NCBI GenBank assembly: GCA_025201805.1 | Contig: MU619269.1 | Coordinates: forward strand, 154,851-218,850 | Length of the DNA stretch: 64,000 nucleotides | From: Parasitella parasitica NRRL 2501 | Taxonomy: Eukaryota; Fungi; Mucoromycota | Direction: 5' to 3' | Shown: in pieces, positions 26,943-39,432 of the stretch | Layout of the letters: the number at the start of each line of letters is the position of its first letter | Numbering within the stretch: the first letter of the stretch is position 1 | Translations under genes and position numbers: made by a program | The notes under the pieces: model-generated | The model's input: the letters and a program-made list of their open reading frames with translations, nothing else | Told to the model about the DNA's origin: nothing | Databases searched by the model: none

Positions 26943-28961
26943 TTATTGGGCGTTTTTATTATTAGATGAACAATACAGCTGCTGCGTCTCTTCTTGTCTC
27001 TGCTGAGATACTTGTTCGTCTTGAACTAGTCTACCACTGACATGCTCATCAAACCGACCTAATGTCCATATCTGAGCAAATCTTTTAAACCTAAGAGCTT
27101 TAGGATCTTTAATAATGTAGAATTCTCCATCACACATGATGCATATAACATTCCTCTGCTTGTACTTGTTCTCAAACCAATTTTGCCACCATTTTTTATC
27201 TTGTTTTTTCAAAATTGTAGGTTCCCTAAAGACAATTTCAAAAGGGGATTCAAACTGACCGATGCGAGATACATGTTTCCGGATATTTGCAAGTTTCTTG
27301 ATGTAACTAATCATGTTCTCAATAGTGAACACTTCCATTTTTTTATCATTAGCCAGTTGAGGTGTCCAGTTTGCTGGATCTGTAGGGCCAGACCGATTCT
27401 CCACTGCCTCCAGGCCATATTTAGCTTCGCCCCAAAGATCAATTTCCCTACCCCTACCAGAAGTAAGTATATATTAAAATGCATGAAAAAAGCTGCTTTC
27501 TATATTGAATGCGTACATACCAAATGTGAGGGATATTTTGAATTACCAAATCAATAGGACGCTTTGTGATTTTGGGTATACCTTCTTGTGTATCATTTGC
27601 GTCTTTTATATCAGATTCAGGGACAGCCAGCACTGTTTGGTCTTTGTATTTGATTTTCTCTATGAAATGGGTGACGCTAGGAAATCTACGCCAAAATACC
27701 CACTTGGCGCTCTCAGACGTATAAATTCCCATATTCATCCACCTATTGCCTGCACGGTGCTTCTCAAAGCCGCTTCCAACATATCCCTGTACACCAATTG
27801 ACATGTAATTGCACATCTTTCGAACCATATGCGGATAAGTGCCTCGTTGTTCACGTTCATCAATCTCTAATACATCATGCCCGTCTTTACGCTGTGGGCC
27901 TGCTAATCTGACGTAGCCTCCTTCATGTGCCGAAAATTCAACTTGCCAAATGTCCAAGCGAGCAGCCTCTGACTTCTCCAATCGCTCGGTGATTAACTCT
28001 TCTAAATGCTGTAGACGTTTACCGAGTATATTGGAATGCCTGATAGTCCTGCCCCATCCAAGCACTTGGCTAAAGTCATTGCCGGTGCCAAATGGGATGC
28101 CTATTGAAAGAAACTGGTAAATAGGGTTAGGATAAACCGCTCCAATAGATCTTACATGAGAAAAAAATGTAGTCCAAATCGATATGATGATGAGCCAGCA
28201 TCTCAAACACACTCATCACAGTGCCATCTCCACCTGCACTCCATACATGGATGTGCCGAGTTCTGACTGTGCTGCTTATTTTATGGGCTTCTGAATCTTC
28301 TTGCTCCTGTGCATCTTGCAAAGACGGTAATTGACCATCTTTGGCCATTTGCTCCACAAGCTGTATACTTTCTACGCCTAGATTTCGATCCTCCTCATTC
28401 AATATATTATGTATTTCCACCTGGACGTGTGGAAACCTACGCAATCTAAAGTGCTGGATGGGAAGTTGTATGAGATCCTTGCCTTTGCAATCACCTGAAA
28501 GTGGATTAACAAAGATAAACAGGTATATGCTTGGCCTTCCTTCAGTCTTAGTATCTTGGAACCGAACAGAAGTATTCAGACGGCTTCCATCATGAGTCAT
28601 AGACGGCCGAACAAATTTCTTTTTCTCTTCGAGCAAATTTGGATGATTTACTATAGGTGAAGATGATGGAGGGCTCTCGTTATCCGCTGGTTTTGGTGGT
28701 AGAAGAGTAGTATTAACAGTGAGATGAATCGGAGACAACTCATTTACTATAGGTAATGAGCAGTATGAGTTAACATTCGCTTTTCGTGCTTTTCGTACCA
28801 TTCATATGCGTTTTTTTCAACGGCTTTATATCATTCCCCTCCTTTTTATGGTTGTTATTCTGTGGCAAATTATCATGCTTGCTATTTACTAAACTGTCAG
28901 AATTGACAACATCAGGTTCCTGTTTACCCATAAAAAAGCTTGGCAATATTACGCCGGGCAT
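26943..28961 (-). CDS. Diacylglycerol kinase family protein (DAGK catalytic and accessory domains), 4 exons
   Basis: FIFVNPLSG, VWSAGGDGTV, IPFGTGNDFSQVLGWG, MCNYMSIGV, NIPHIWGR, CDGEFY motifs across spliced ORFs. Confidence 0.85.
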
Positions 28962-29346
28962 TTGTATTTCAACTTGAGAAAAGGCAATCCTCGAAAACTA
29001 GTCTGGTATATATACCTGAAAATCGATGCTGCTTGCAGTATTACATGCATTACATCATTCAACCACGGATAAATCGATAATAAAGGCCTAGTACATAAAG
29101 AAGAATAACCTCGATCCTTTGTAACACCTGTATATATACTCATAAATTTATATGGCCAAAAGGGAGACTCAAGACTTGTGCATAATAATACGATGATTCA
29201 CTGCGAGCATTCAATCATGGAAATCCATACCAAAGCGCAGAACACGGCGCATCTTGAAATTCCAGATAGTATTAGTTTTATGCGGTAATGGGCCCGGTTC
29301 TTTTTTTTTTTTTTTTTATTTATTTAGAAAAAAAAGCAACTCTACA

Positions 29347-30179
29347 ATGGCAATCAGCGAAAAAGAGGAGAGGGAGCAGAGCTCAGTGATAATCACCCAA
29401 TACCAACGTGCAGACTATTCAAAGCACCACTACGACGCATGCTCTATTTGCTATACCAGACCAGGAATGCCACTTGTTCCGCCACTCAATTTCGCAATGA
29501 TAGCTTCAGGCGTATATCGCTCAGGACACCCAAACAAGCAGAATTTCGCGTTTTTAAGAAAGCTTGGATTAAAGACAATACTGTAAATTTTGGCCATTTC
29601 AAAAGAAATGCATTTATTTATTCTCATGTCTAGATATTTCGCAATGGAAGAATATCCTCCCGAAATGCAACATTTTGTCGAGCATGAAGGCATCGAGGTA
29701 TTACACTACCGCACTGAAGGCAATAAGGAGCCCTTTGTTGAAGTTAATCCTGAAGACATATCGCATGCGTTAGTGAAACTGTTGGATAACAGAAGTCATC
29801 CAGGTATACTGATTCATGTACGCTGAGAGCGTTAATTAACAGAGCATTGCAGTTCTTATCCATTGCTTGAAGGGGAAGGTAAATCAGGAATGCACATAAG
29901 CAAACGCATTACTAATCACATGCTGCTGTGATAGCATCGTATCGGTTGTTTGGTGGGATGTCTACGAAAAATCCAAAGATGGTCAATGACTTCAATATTT
30001 GACGAATATCGAAAGTTTGCAGGAACAAAAGTGCTTCCAGATCAAGAGGTAAATTACGTCAGTTTGTGTGCAGACAAAGATTTATACGAAATAATCGTCG
30101 TAAATGCATTCAGTTTATAGAAACGTTTGACCATGATTTGGTTCCATATGATCATCAACATCGACCTCGCTGGCTGTAA
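29347..30179 (+). CDS. Siw14/OCA-family (plant-and-fungi atypical dual-specificity) phosphatase
   Basis: PPLNFAMIASGVYRSGHP..NFAFLRKLGLKTIL; GNKEPF; spliced active site [25 protein letters not shown] (CX5R); DEYRKFAG.K...DQEFIE. Confidence 0.9.
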
Positions 30180-30324
30180 TTATTTTATCTGAAGACTCTT
30201 TGTACATTTTACACTCCTCTTCCAAATGGTTTATCAGCTTTTTTCTAAATATTTAATTAATTTTCTGAAATGTCTTTATCTCTTTTATGTTGTGTGTTTA
30301 CAAATGTGTTTATGATACAAAAAG

Positions 30325-32377
30325 TTATTCATCAGTTTTAGCGTTTGGCTTGTAAAAATGTTCTCCATCCTCTATTTGAGATGCATAGCGGATGGAAGAT
30401 CGATTATCTGGTTTTTGGAACTGTACAGCAGCCGAATTAGGTTCAAACGCAAGGTCTGTCATTGTTGACTCGCTATCCAATGCAGTACTGGCAGGGTCTA
30501 CAGCGTTGCTATGGTTTGCTTTTTTTGTCTTGATTTGCTTTCGTTTAAATATCACAATACTCAGCACAAGGAATATACCGCCTCCCAACTTGATTATCAA
30601 CAACGTTAGTTGATACAATAGAATATATCCAGACCTATTTACTCACTACTACAACACCTCCACTAACAACACCAGCAATTACTCCTGCTTTAATACGAGT
30701 TTCAGTCGAGACTTCATGTTCATTCCTCTCAACATTAGAGTTGGGATCGTGGTCTAATATGTTACCTATGGAGAAGATGAATATTTGTTTGTATGCTGCT
30801 GCCAGAAAAATCGAATTTTTACCTGTATTGTTTCTCACTCCACCGTTAGTGGACGATGTATTTCCTGATAGCCATGCCACATTGGCAGTATACTGGGTTA
30901 TCCATGACCAGCTTGAGGTGCTCAATATATTTACATCGTCAAAACCAGTGTTATCGCCACTTAGTCCAAAAGCCACGAGCATAAAGTTATCGACAAGATA
31001 CGCTGCATGTGTATATGTAAGCAGGCGTATTTAGATCACAAAGGCTCTTGTGTTTTAGATGAAAGCGTACCTTTATGATATCTTCTTGGTTTTGGTGGAA
31101 CGCCCTTGATAGACGGCGCAGTCCAGCGCATTGTACTTAGCTCTAGTATGAATACATCATTCATTTGGGTGTTTTTATCCTCTGGCATTCCACCACCAAA
31201 AACAATGACACTTTTGCCGTCAAGGCCTATGTGAAATTAAATGTACATTAGTATTCTAAATGTCATAAAAAAATCAAAAATATTGCATATATGACATGTG
31301 TGGCCATGAACATATAGACGTAAATATTTATACATGCTTACTAAGTACAGCTGAATGACCTCTACGAGGAGCAGGAATATTTCCACCAGCAGTGATAGTA
31401 ATCCATTGACTACTTGCAATGTCAAACAGTAGCAGAGAGCTCATTGATACAGGATTCAATGCAAGTTGCCCGGTTGGATCAGTAACATCATGTGAATAAA
31501 TTACTCCACCGATAATTAGAATGTATTTATTCGATATCATGGTTGCCGTGTGGTCAATTCTAGGTGGAGGGTTATTGTCAACGTGCGGATATGTCACAGT
31601 CCAGGTCTGTGTGTCGATAATCGTCCATGTATTGTAATAGATATTAGGTCCTCCATAGGTAGACATGTCACTATTTTTTTAGACTTTAGGTTCATGTATA
31701 TAACTATACATTGTTTTATATTTTACCTTAGACCTCCCCATAACCATACACGACCTTGATCATCTGACACTGCCGTATGTTGTTTCCTAATAGCATGAAA
31801 ATCTCTAGTTTTTTTTTGCATAATCGTCATAATGGTAATGTACCTTTGCACTGGCAGCTGCCCTTTGATAGCAGGCTTTACCCATGTATCTTGTAATGTG
31901 TCATAGTACGACACTGTCTGCTTTTTCGCGGCTGGTTCAAGGCGGTCGGATGTGCCTCCATCTACTAAGAAATTATGTGTGTTTGATAGATAAGAAGCAG
32001 CAAAAAACGAAATAGGCTGAACTTGATCTAATAATGTGTCCATGACAGACCAAGCAGGATCTGTTGTGTTCCATGACTGGTATAAATTCAATGAATGCAT
32101 TGAATTTGTTGAAATCCCTGATTCTAAAATCCCACCAAAACATACAAGTGCGCCCTTGAAAGTCAATAGTACACATTCTACTCTTTTTTAAATGACATTG
32201 TAATGATTTAGTTTACAAACATACACACAAAAACACAACTGTGAACTTGCCATTGGCCCATCTAGGTGAAGGCTTTACTGAGCTTTGTTGATCGATTTGA
32301 GCAACCACAGAGTAAATAATGGCTGCAAACAGAGATAATACGAAAAGACTGGATCTCAATCCATTTATCGCTACCAT
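30325..32377 (-). CDS. Single-pass membrane protein with kelch/galactose-oxidase beta-propeller ectodomain
   Basis: Signal peptide; repeated kelch motifs (PPPRIDHTAT...ILIIGG, PAPRRGHSAVL, VWLWGG, VIVFGG); TM segment GVIAGVVSGGVVV..GGIFLVLSIVIF followed by KRK; multi-exon. Confidence 0.85.
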
Positions 32378-32446
32378 TGAATATTGTATTAAATATGAAT
32401 CGACTGAATGGAAAAGAGAATAAGAAGAAGAAAAAGGGGGCAGAAA

Positions 32447-32456
32447 NNNNNNNNNN
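32447..32456. other. Assembly gap (10 N) beside a poly(A) tract
   Basis: Run of N characters in the sequence. Confidence 1.
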
Positions 32457-32494
<38 letters not shown>

Positions 32495-33766
32495 TTAAAA
32501 AAGATGAAATGTTGACAAAACGGCTTTTCTAAAATAATGAATTATTGCAAGGAAATTTCAAATGTTATACATAGTATCATTATGCTAATTTCTATTTGTA
32601 CACCTCGTTTATGCGTTTAATTCAACCCTCTTGTAAACTGTAGAGCCTCTGCAATGGTCAATATCCTGATATAAAATTTGCATTTAACCGTTACTTTTTT
32701 TTTTCGACATTGTTGATATGTAACAATATACATATCACAAATAATGATGCTATTCCATATAATTCAAAAAACTTCTTTTATACAAACATGGATGCATGCG
32801 ATGACAACAATATGCACGACACAGTATTACAAAATGAAAGTTAAAAGCGAACTTGAGCCGTGTCAAATTACCGAGATGCTGATTCTTATGGCGACAGTCT
32901 TGTGGGGATAGGCTGTACAGTACAAACATATCATATACGCTATATACGAATTCGTCCTCAATATGAATACACAGCAAAGTCATCTTGAAGTTCAATTCTT
33001 TTTTTTTTTTTTTTTGCTAATTGACTAAAAATCATCCATGTACAAATGATACAGCCACAGTATCATGGTAGCACAGCATTTTTCATTGCGTGCGGATTGT
33101 GGCAGATTAAAGGCTGGTATATAGACACAACAAGTGATTTCATTTTACTCAGTTGATATTCAATTATTGAAAGGGGGTAAGGACGATGATTAATAGTGTG
33201 TATCAAAATGAGAGATAGTCATTGGTATACATACGGTATGGACATTCAGTGTCAAGGGTTTTAATATCCCCTCCCTGTCTTGTGCCCATTTTGTATTGGC
33301 ATATTTACTCATGTAATACTGTGAGGACGTATATATTCAATTACATCAGTGTTTCCCGGAACAAGATACGAATAAAATAAAGATGCACATGCCCCCTTCT
33401 CTGAAAATTGGACAATTTTGAAATATTATTCAGTGTATAGGTGATAAGAGCTCTCCTATGTCTACATAATTGAATCACGCAGATTCGAAATATTGAGCCG
33501 AAATATCCATGATCACACCACCATGTACATGATGTTGCAACATCTTTTTTGCTTAGCTTGCAAGTGTGTATAATTAAGAAAGTAAACGCTTGATTTAGCT
33601 ATTTGTACCTACATGGACGGAAGCTCAAAATCGGTAGTTATCTAATCTTAATTTGATAACGATAACACGTAGTTTATGTAGATGTGAGGTTTAATTGTCA
33701 TTAATAAAATACAATAAAATAGTATTACATGATATATATAGAGTGATGTTTTGTGATATTTCGAGT

Positions 33767-35036
33767 TCAAATTGTCACAATTGGTGCTTGAGGAGTTGAC
33801 GAAGAGGCTTCTTCATAGCGTGGCGTATACTCCGGCAAATCTAAATCAACAGGAACAGCATCATCACCACCTCCACTTGTAATAGTATGCGGCTGATTAA
33901 ACGTTTCTGTGGAAATGACATTAGGCGTAGAAGATGCCAGAGACAAGACCGTATCTGACACATCAGAAGGGTAGTCTGTGATGATGATTGGAAACTCCAA
34001 TACGACAGGCTCAATATTCAATGCTGGCACTTTGGTAAAGTGCACAGTGAGTTTGCAGCGATGAGATATCTCCAAGAAGGGATCAAACTGATGGGTGTGG
34101 ATTGACTTGACATGAGGACTATTACTCAGAGGCATAGGTGTTCTGATAAAATGAGCTTCTGAGCTATTGGAAAACGAGGGCAAATGATAAATAGCAGGTG
34201 GGAATCTGGTGATAATCGGCGGTAGACTGTGTACGCCTTGTTTTGTGCTAAATCTGAATAAAATAGGATCCCACCATTAAAAAAAAAAAAAGATTGGATT
34301 GAAGGCACAGATGGAAAACATACCTGTATGTTTCAATTTCCTCGATACCGAGTTCGATTCTGTCCACTTCAACCCTTTCTTTTTCAACGTTGCAGCGGAA
34401 AGTAATAACGACTTCTCCTGACTCAATTGCAGTTGCTTTTGGGAGCTCTGCTGACCATTCAAACCACTCTTTTACACCTGAAAAATTCATAGTTGGGATC
34501 ATGGCACTAGGACTAGGCAAATAATGTCGATGCACGGTGACAATCTGATGAGTCCTGTACTTTTTGAAAAACGTGCCAGCAGACAGATTAGCAACTAACG
34601 TATATTCCACAAATGCATTCTTTGTTCTACAGCTGGCAGGTAGATGAAATGGCAGATGAAGGCCAAACTCAATAGATTCTTCTCCAGAAAAAATGAGCTC
34701 TTTTTCAACTTCGCAAACGGGCACTGTTGTCTGTATTTTCGTGGTGGCATTGGGATTGGCTGGATCATCCATATCACTCAGGTAATTCTCTCGTGGGAAT
34801 GCTGAACGAGGTGCATCTATGTCTATGCCTGCTTTGCCCAAGAATTGAAGGTTGACCCGTTGCCACTTGATTTTTCTGTCTTGAAAGATAACTTTTCCCA
34901 TCAACTTTGTTCGCACTTGAGACATTGGATTCTCTCTTGTCGCTGGGCCGATGAAATAGACAGGTGCATCGCTAACTTCTAAACGCACAGGAAGGTGTTT
35001 TTTTGAGGAAGCTGGCTCATTCGTAAATCGCTTCAT
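33767..35036 (-). CDS. Arrestin-fold (alpha-arrestin-like) adaptor, 2 exons
   Basis: GKVIF...VNLQFLGKA...FGLHLPFHLPAS...VEYTLVA; EISHRCKLTVHF...LEFPIII; C-terminal PY-like motifs LPEY/PRY. Confidence 0.75.
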
Positions 35037-35159
35037 CAATTTTTTGCTTTTTTTGGTAATAAAAAGATATGAAAAAGAAGAAAGAGCATCGTAGACAGAG
35101 TATACTGAGAGTTTAAATACTCAATTCGTGTGACAGTGGTCAACCTAATAATTGGTACC

Positions 35160-36896
35160 TTTGTACGATGCTATGTTTGCTTTGTTGTGGAGTCACCACA
35201 TGGAATACAAGGTTTGAAGTCTTTGATTGGCGTAGCTAATGTGCCATGTATATTTCAGATGGCTCCTTTTACAGTGCAAGTCATCGTGTAAGTGTCGCTT
35301 TATTTTTCCCAGCCACACATCTTTTTCAGATGGCTTCATTTCCTGCAGAAAGAAGTTGAAAAAAAAGTGCATTTAACTGAGGAAATTGCCGAAACCGTTG
35401 CTTCCAAAGCATACGTTCATCGAAAGTTAAAGGAGCTACAGTTTGCGGCATCGTTGAATAGACGAAAATTTGAATCATTGAAAGAAGCGGTTTTGAGTTC
35501 GATTAACAGTAGCGAGCCTCTCATTTTTGTAAAGAAGCTTCAAAGTATTCAAGAACACAAACCAATGGTGTCAACTTTCGTAAGCGCTGTGAATCAAGGA
35601 TAAAGAATAAAACATTTTGCCCCACAAAATACACCGATAAACGTGGGTATCGCTTTTTCTCTCTGTTGCCATTGTATTCAACGCAAAGAAAATCAATTCA
35701 GATTGACACACAAGCTTTCTGGAGACTGATCAGAGCTTCAACTGTTGATGGTTATACTGCAGGAACTAAAAATGAAGAGCAACTGTCTGCGTTTTGTTAC
35801 AAACTTTTTGATTTTTCTAAAATTGGATTTAAAACCAGAGGCTCTACAATGGAAAGAAGATTAAGTAAAAGTTCATATAGTTTTAATTTAGTGATGCCTT
35901 AGAACTTATCGAGTTATATTAGGAATGTTATCTACACGGATGGTTATTCAGTTTTTTTCTTTTCTCGAGAATTACAACGAAAAAGAAGAAAGACTCTCTT
36001 CCTGTAAAGCCATCTGACCTAAAAAAAAGGTATTGACAATGGATGCCAAGTGTGGGCGGTAGACCCTGGAATTAGCACGGTTTTTACTATAGTTGACCAA
36101 GCTGGTAGAGTGAGATCACTTAGTCAAAAGGAATATTATCACTTGTATGGGTTTAATGATGCAGCTCACATTCGAAAGATTCATCAAGCAAAGCACACAG
36201 ACAGTCGTAGAAAGATAAAAGAACTGGATTCATTAAAAACCGGAGAAGTTTCAAAATTCTTGATTGCTTGAAGAAAGCGTATAAAATTCTACGATACAAT
36301 GTATGAATTTTATAACAGAAACTTTTGGTAAGTGTAGCAAACTCTTGTATATATTTTATAAATGTGTTAACCAAATGGAATAGGTCTTCAAAATTAAAGT
36401 TTAGATGCTATAGAAAGAAGCAAAAAGCCTTCAGCGAAATAGTCAAGATGTTTACTCATGATAGTATCAAATATCGCACGGGTGCGTCCACCAATATGAA
36501 GACAACAACGAGAAACAACAATTCTTACTCCCGCCCTCCATCACTTGATGGATCAGTTAAGGCAAATAAAACCATCATTGCCAATGGAGATGGAAGATTT
36601 TCACCTACCATGAGAGGCAAAAGACCTGGACCTACAAAGACTATCATAAAAGCTCCTCAAAAATGCGAAGAAAATTGTGGCGTTACAGTCCAAATGGTAG
36701 ACGAATACCTTCACCAGTCAAGTCAGCAACAATTGAAAACGTTGTACAACGATCATTTAATACACAAAAAAAAAAAGTTGTGCAACGATCAGCAAAGCGA
36801 AGAGTACATTCTGTGTTTCAGTATCAAGAAACTGCTTGTAATATTATTTGGAATTGCGATATAATGGCTGCAAAAAAAGAGTGACCAGCGTTCTGA
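35160..36896 (+). pseudogene. Fanzor1 (eukaryotic TnpB-derived RNA-guided RuvC endonuclease), decayed
   Basis: Ordered motifs across frames: FSLLPLYS..KSIQID; IYTDGYSV; RuvC-I VWAVDPG; EYYHLYGF; KLKFRCYRKKQKA; IANGDGRF..MRG..PGP; RuvC-II VDEYL(TSQV); RVHSV..Q..CNII; RuvC-III WNCDIMAAK. Several stops and frameshifts. Confidence 0.85.
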
Positions 36897-36995
36897 ATCA
36901 AAAGAATAATTGCAAGCATTGCGTGTCATTGATATTACTCTTTGATACGCCATGGGTATTTGGTTTATCCTATACACCATAACAAGTGAGTAAAA
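36897..36995 (+). ncRNA. Candidate Fanzor omegaRNA scaffold
   Basis: Two adjacent hairpins just after the Fanzor ORF: GCGTGTCA...TGATACGC (36921-36950) and ATGGGTAT...ATACACCAT (36952-36980). Confidence 0.4.
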
Positions 36996-37191
36996 TTGTC
37001 CAAAAAACAAAGTTTTCTTTTGGAAATTTTGTAAAATTAGCATCTCCGTTGGAGATTAGCAAACGTATTTTTTTATTACAAAAACATGCCGAGTTGAGGA
37101 GACATGATGGAGTATTATATAACGAAAGATAATTATAAGAAGGGTATGTATGTTGAATGCAAAAAGAAAAGAAGACAAATGAATTAGTAGG

Positions 37192-38746
37192 TTAATAAAG
37201 GACTCGAGTTTGAATGTTGGCACGGGTTTGAATAATTGCGGTGTAAAGACTCTTCACGTCAGTTACATCAGCAATATCAGCCATTACATAGGCAATATCG
37301 CCCTTGGAGTCAGAATATTGCTTCTCAACATTATGATCAGAAAAGATTTCGTTAATTTCCTATAAATATAAATTTAGCTTGTGTTTAATAAAAACTGTAT
37401 CTTGTAAAACCCCCAAGCTTACCCTGAGTACACCGGGGATATTTTGATGGATGTAAAGCACACGAACCGTATTCTTGTCATCTTCACGAATAGCACGCAA
37501 ATCAACTTCTGGGAAATTGACTGCATTGAGCGATGCACCATCATTAATGTACTTTGTGAGCGATTGTGAGACTTCAAGACCAATCATGCGCTGAGCTTCT
37601 TCAGTGGATCCACCAATGTGAGGTGTCAAAACTAAATTCTTGCATGCTAATAATTCAGGATAGTAATCAAAATGAGGACCGTTGGCTGCAGGTTCTTTGG
37701 GGAAGACGTCAATACAAGCGCCAGCAAGACGACCAGATTGAAGCGCTTTTGTGAGAGCATGAATTTGGACAACGGTGCCGCGAGCGTTGTTCAACAAATA
37801 AGCGCCATCTTTCATTTGCTTGAGTTCGTGTTCGCCAATCATGTTTTTAGTGTCCTCAGTTTCAGGAACATGAAGACTAACAAAATCACTAATAGCCAAA
37901 AGCTCGTCAAGACATTCAAGCGGCTTAGCTTGACCAAGAGGCATGATTTGAAGCACATCGTAAAAGTAAACTGTCATGCCCATAGCTTCCGCCAGCACCG
38001 ATAATTGAGCGCCGATATGACCATACCCAACGATACCCAAAACCTTGCCGCGGATCTCATAGCATGCTTTAGAAACCTTATTCCAAACGCCCTGATGCAT
38101 TTCCATATTACGATCGCCCAACTGACGAGCGAGCATAATAATTTCGCCAATAACAAGCTCGGCAACGGAACGGGAGTTACTGAAAGGTGAGTTGAATACG
38201 GCAACCTAAAAAGATTGTGTCAGACATTACTCATCCAATAAAAAGCAAACACGATAAATTTCATGTAACTTACACCTTGTTTAGCAGCAGCTTGAAGATC
38301 GACTTGGTTTGTGCCAATACAGAAGCAGCCAATGGCCAACAAGTTCCTTGCATGTTCTAGCACTTGCTTGGTGAGTTTGGTCTTTGAACGAATGCCAATG
38401 ACATGAACATCTCGAATCTTTTCGATCAACTCATCGCCAACTAAAGCCTTCGAGTAGGTTTCGACCTGCAGTAAAATTAGTCAGCGCATTGCATGTTGAT
38501 TATGCACATGTTTGTGGCTATTGATTCTACCTGATATCCTTGCTTGGTGAAGGCACTGACAGCAGTTTCATTGACATTTTCCAGCAACAAAATCTTGACT
38601 TCGCTTGTATTAAAAGGACGAAGTACCTTGGCTTTTGGCAAGCTAAATGAACCTGAGCGGGTGCGCTTCGAATCCCCAACATCAGAAGATGTGGCATTGC
38701 TATTGCTCGCAGCAGCGGTTTCAGTTGATTTTTTAGCATGAACCAT
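37192..38746 (-). CDS. SER3: D-3-phosphoglycerate dehydrogenase (4 exons)
   Basis: KILLLENVN; GIRSKTKLT; GCFCIGTNQVDL; VFNSPFSNSRSVAEL; GIVGYGHIGAQLSVLAE; TPHIGGSTEEAQ; C-terminal ACT domain H.NIPGVL...QYSDSKGDIAY. Confidence 0.97.
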
Positions 38747-39432
38747 TTTTGAAGAGTTAAAAATTAAAAGAGGAAAAAAGGGAAGAAGAAAGAGTATGGC
38801 AGGGAATCCGTTTCCTAGACATTTACAGCTATTTATATTGAGAAGTACAAAATAATATCTTTTACTCCCAGAAATGAGATTCCAGATGTGATCATTGCGC
38901 AATATCTGTTTAACTTATTACACCTGGAGAAGAATCCAGACAAAATGATTCGGAGATCAGTCAGGCAAGGTTGGCCCCTTTCTTTTGACCCTGTGATTCT
39001 TACCGTTATCTCAAAATCTGCGCACGAAAATGTTCTTTAATGTTTGTTTTGCATCTTGATCAATAACACATCCTCTGTAAACAAGCAACAGTGACACATT
39101 TCAGATGTAAACTATGACTGGCTATATGATCGTGTGACATTAGATAAGCCGGGTTTAAACATTTACCATTGGCAGCTTTCATCATCTCTGATCAAACAAT
39201 AAATGTGAGGAAGCAAATGACTAATCTCAAGCTGTATCTCTTTTTTTTTTATTTACAAATCTGGATAAATTTGTTGATCATCATTTTGCGATATACTGAT
39301 TTCAGATGCTGTAGAGCGAATTTACCTAAAGATATCCAAGCTTTTACTGTAGAAATGCAAATAAAACTTGCTTGATAATTGTGTCACACTTGCCAATATA
39401 ATCTTCTTATCTTTTTTCTCTCCAAAGATGTC

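Noticed and set aside
35288-35329. GTAAGT...TTCAG as an intron in the Fanzor
   Set aside because: The segment translates as plausible Fanzor coding sequence (SQPHIFFRWL) in the frame of the downstream ORF, so an intron is not required; cannot be decided without intact copies.
14816-38746. LYS1 and SER3 as an amino-acid biosynthesis cluster
   Set aside because: Different pathways, more than 20 kb apart, with many unrelated genes between.
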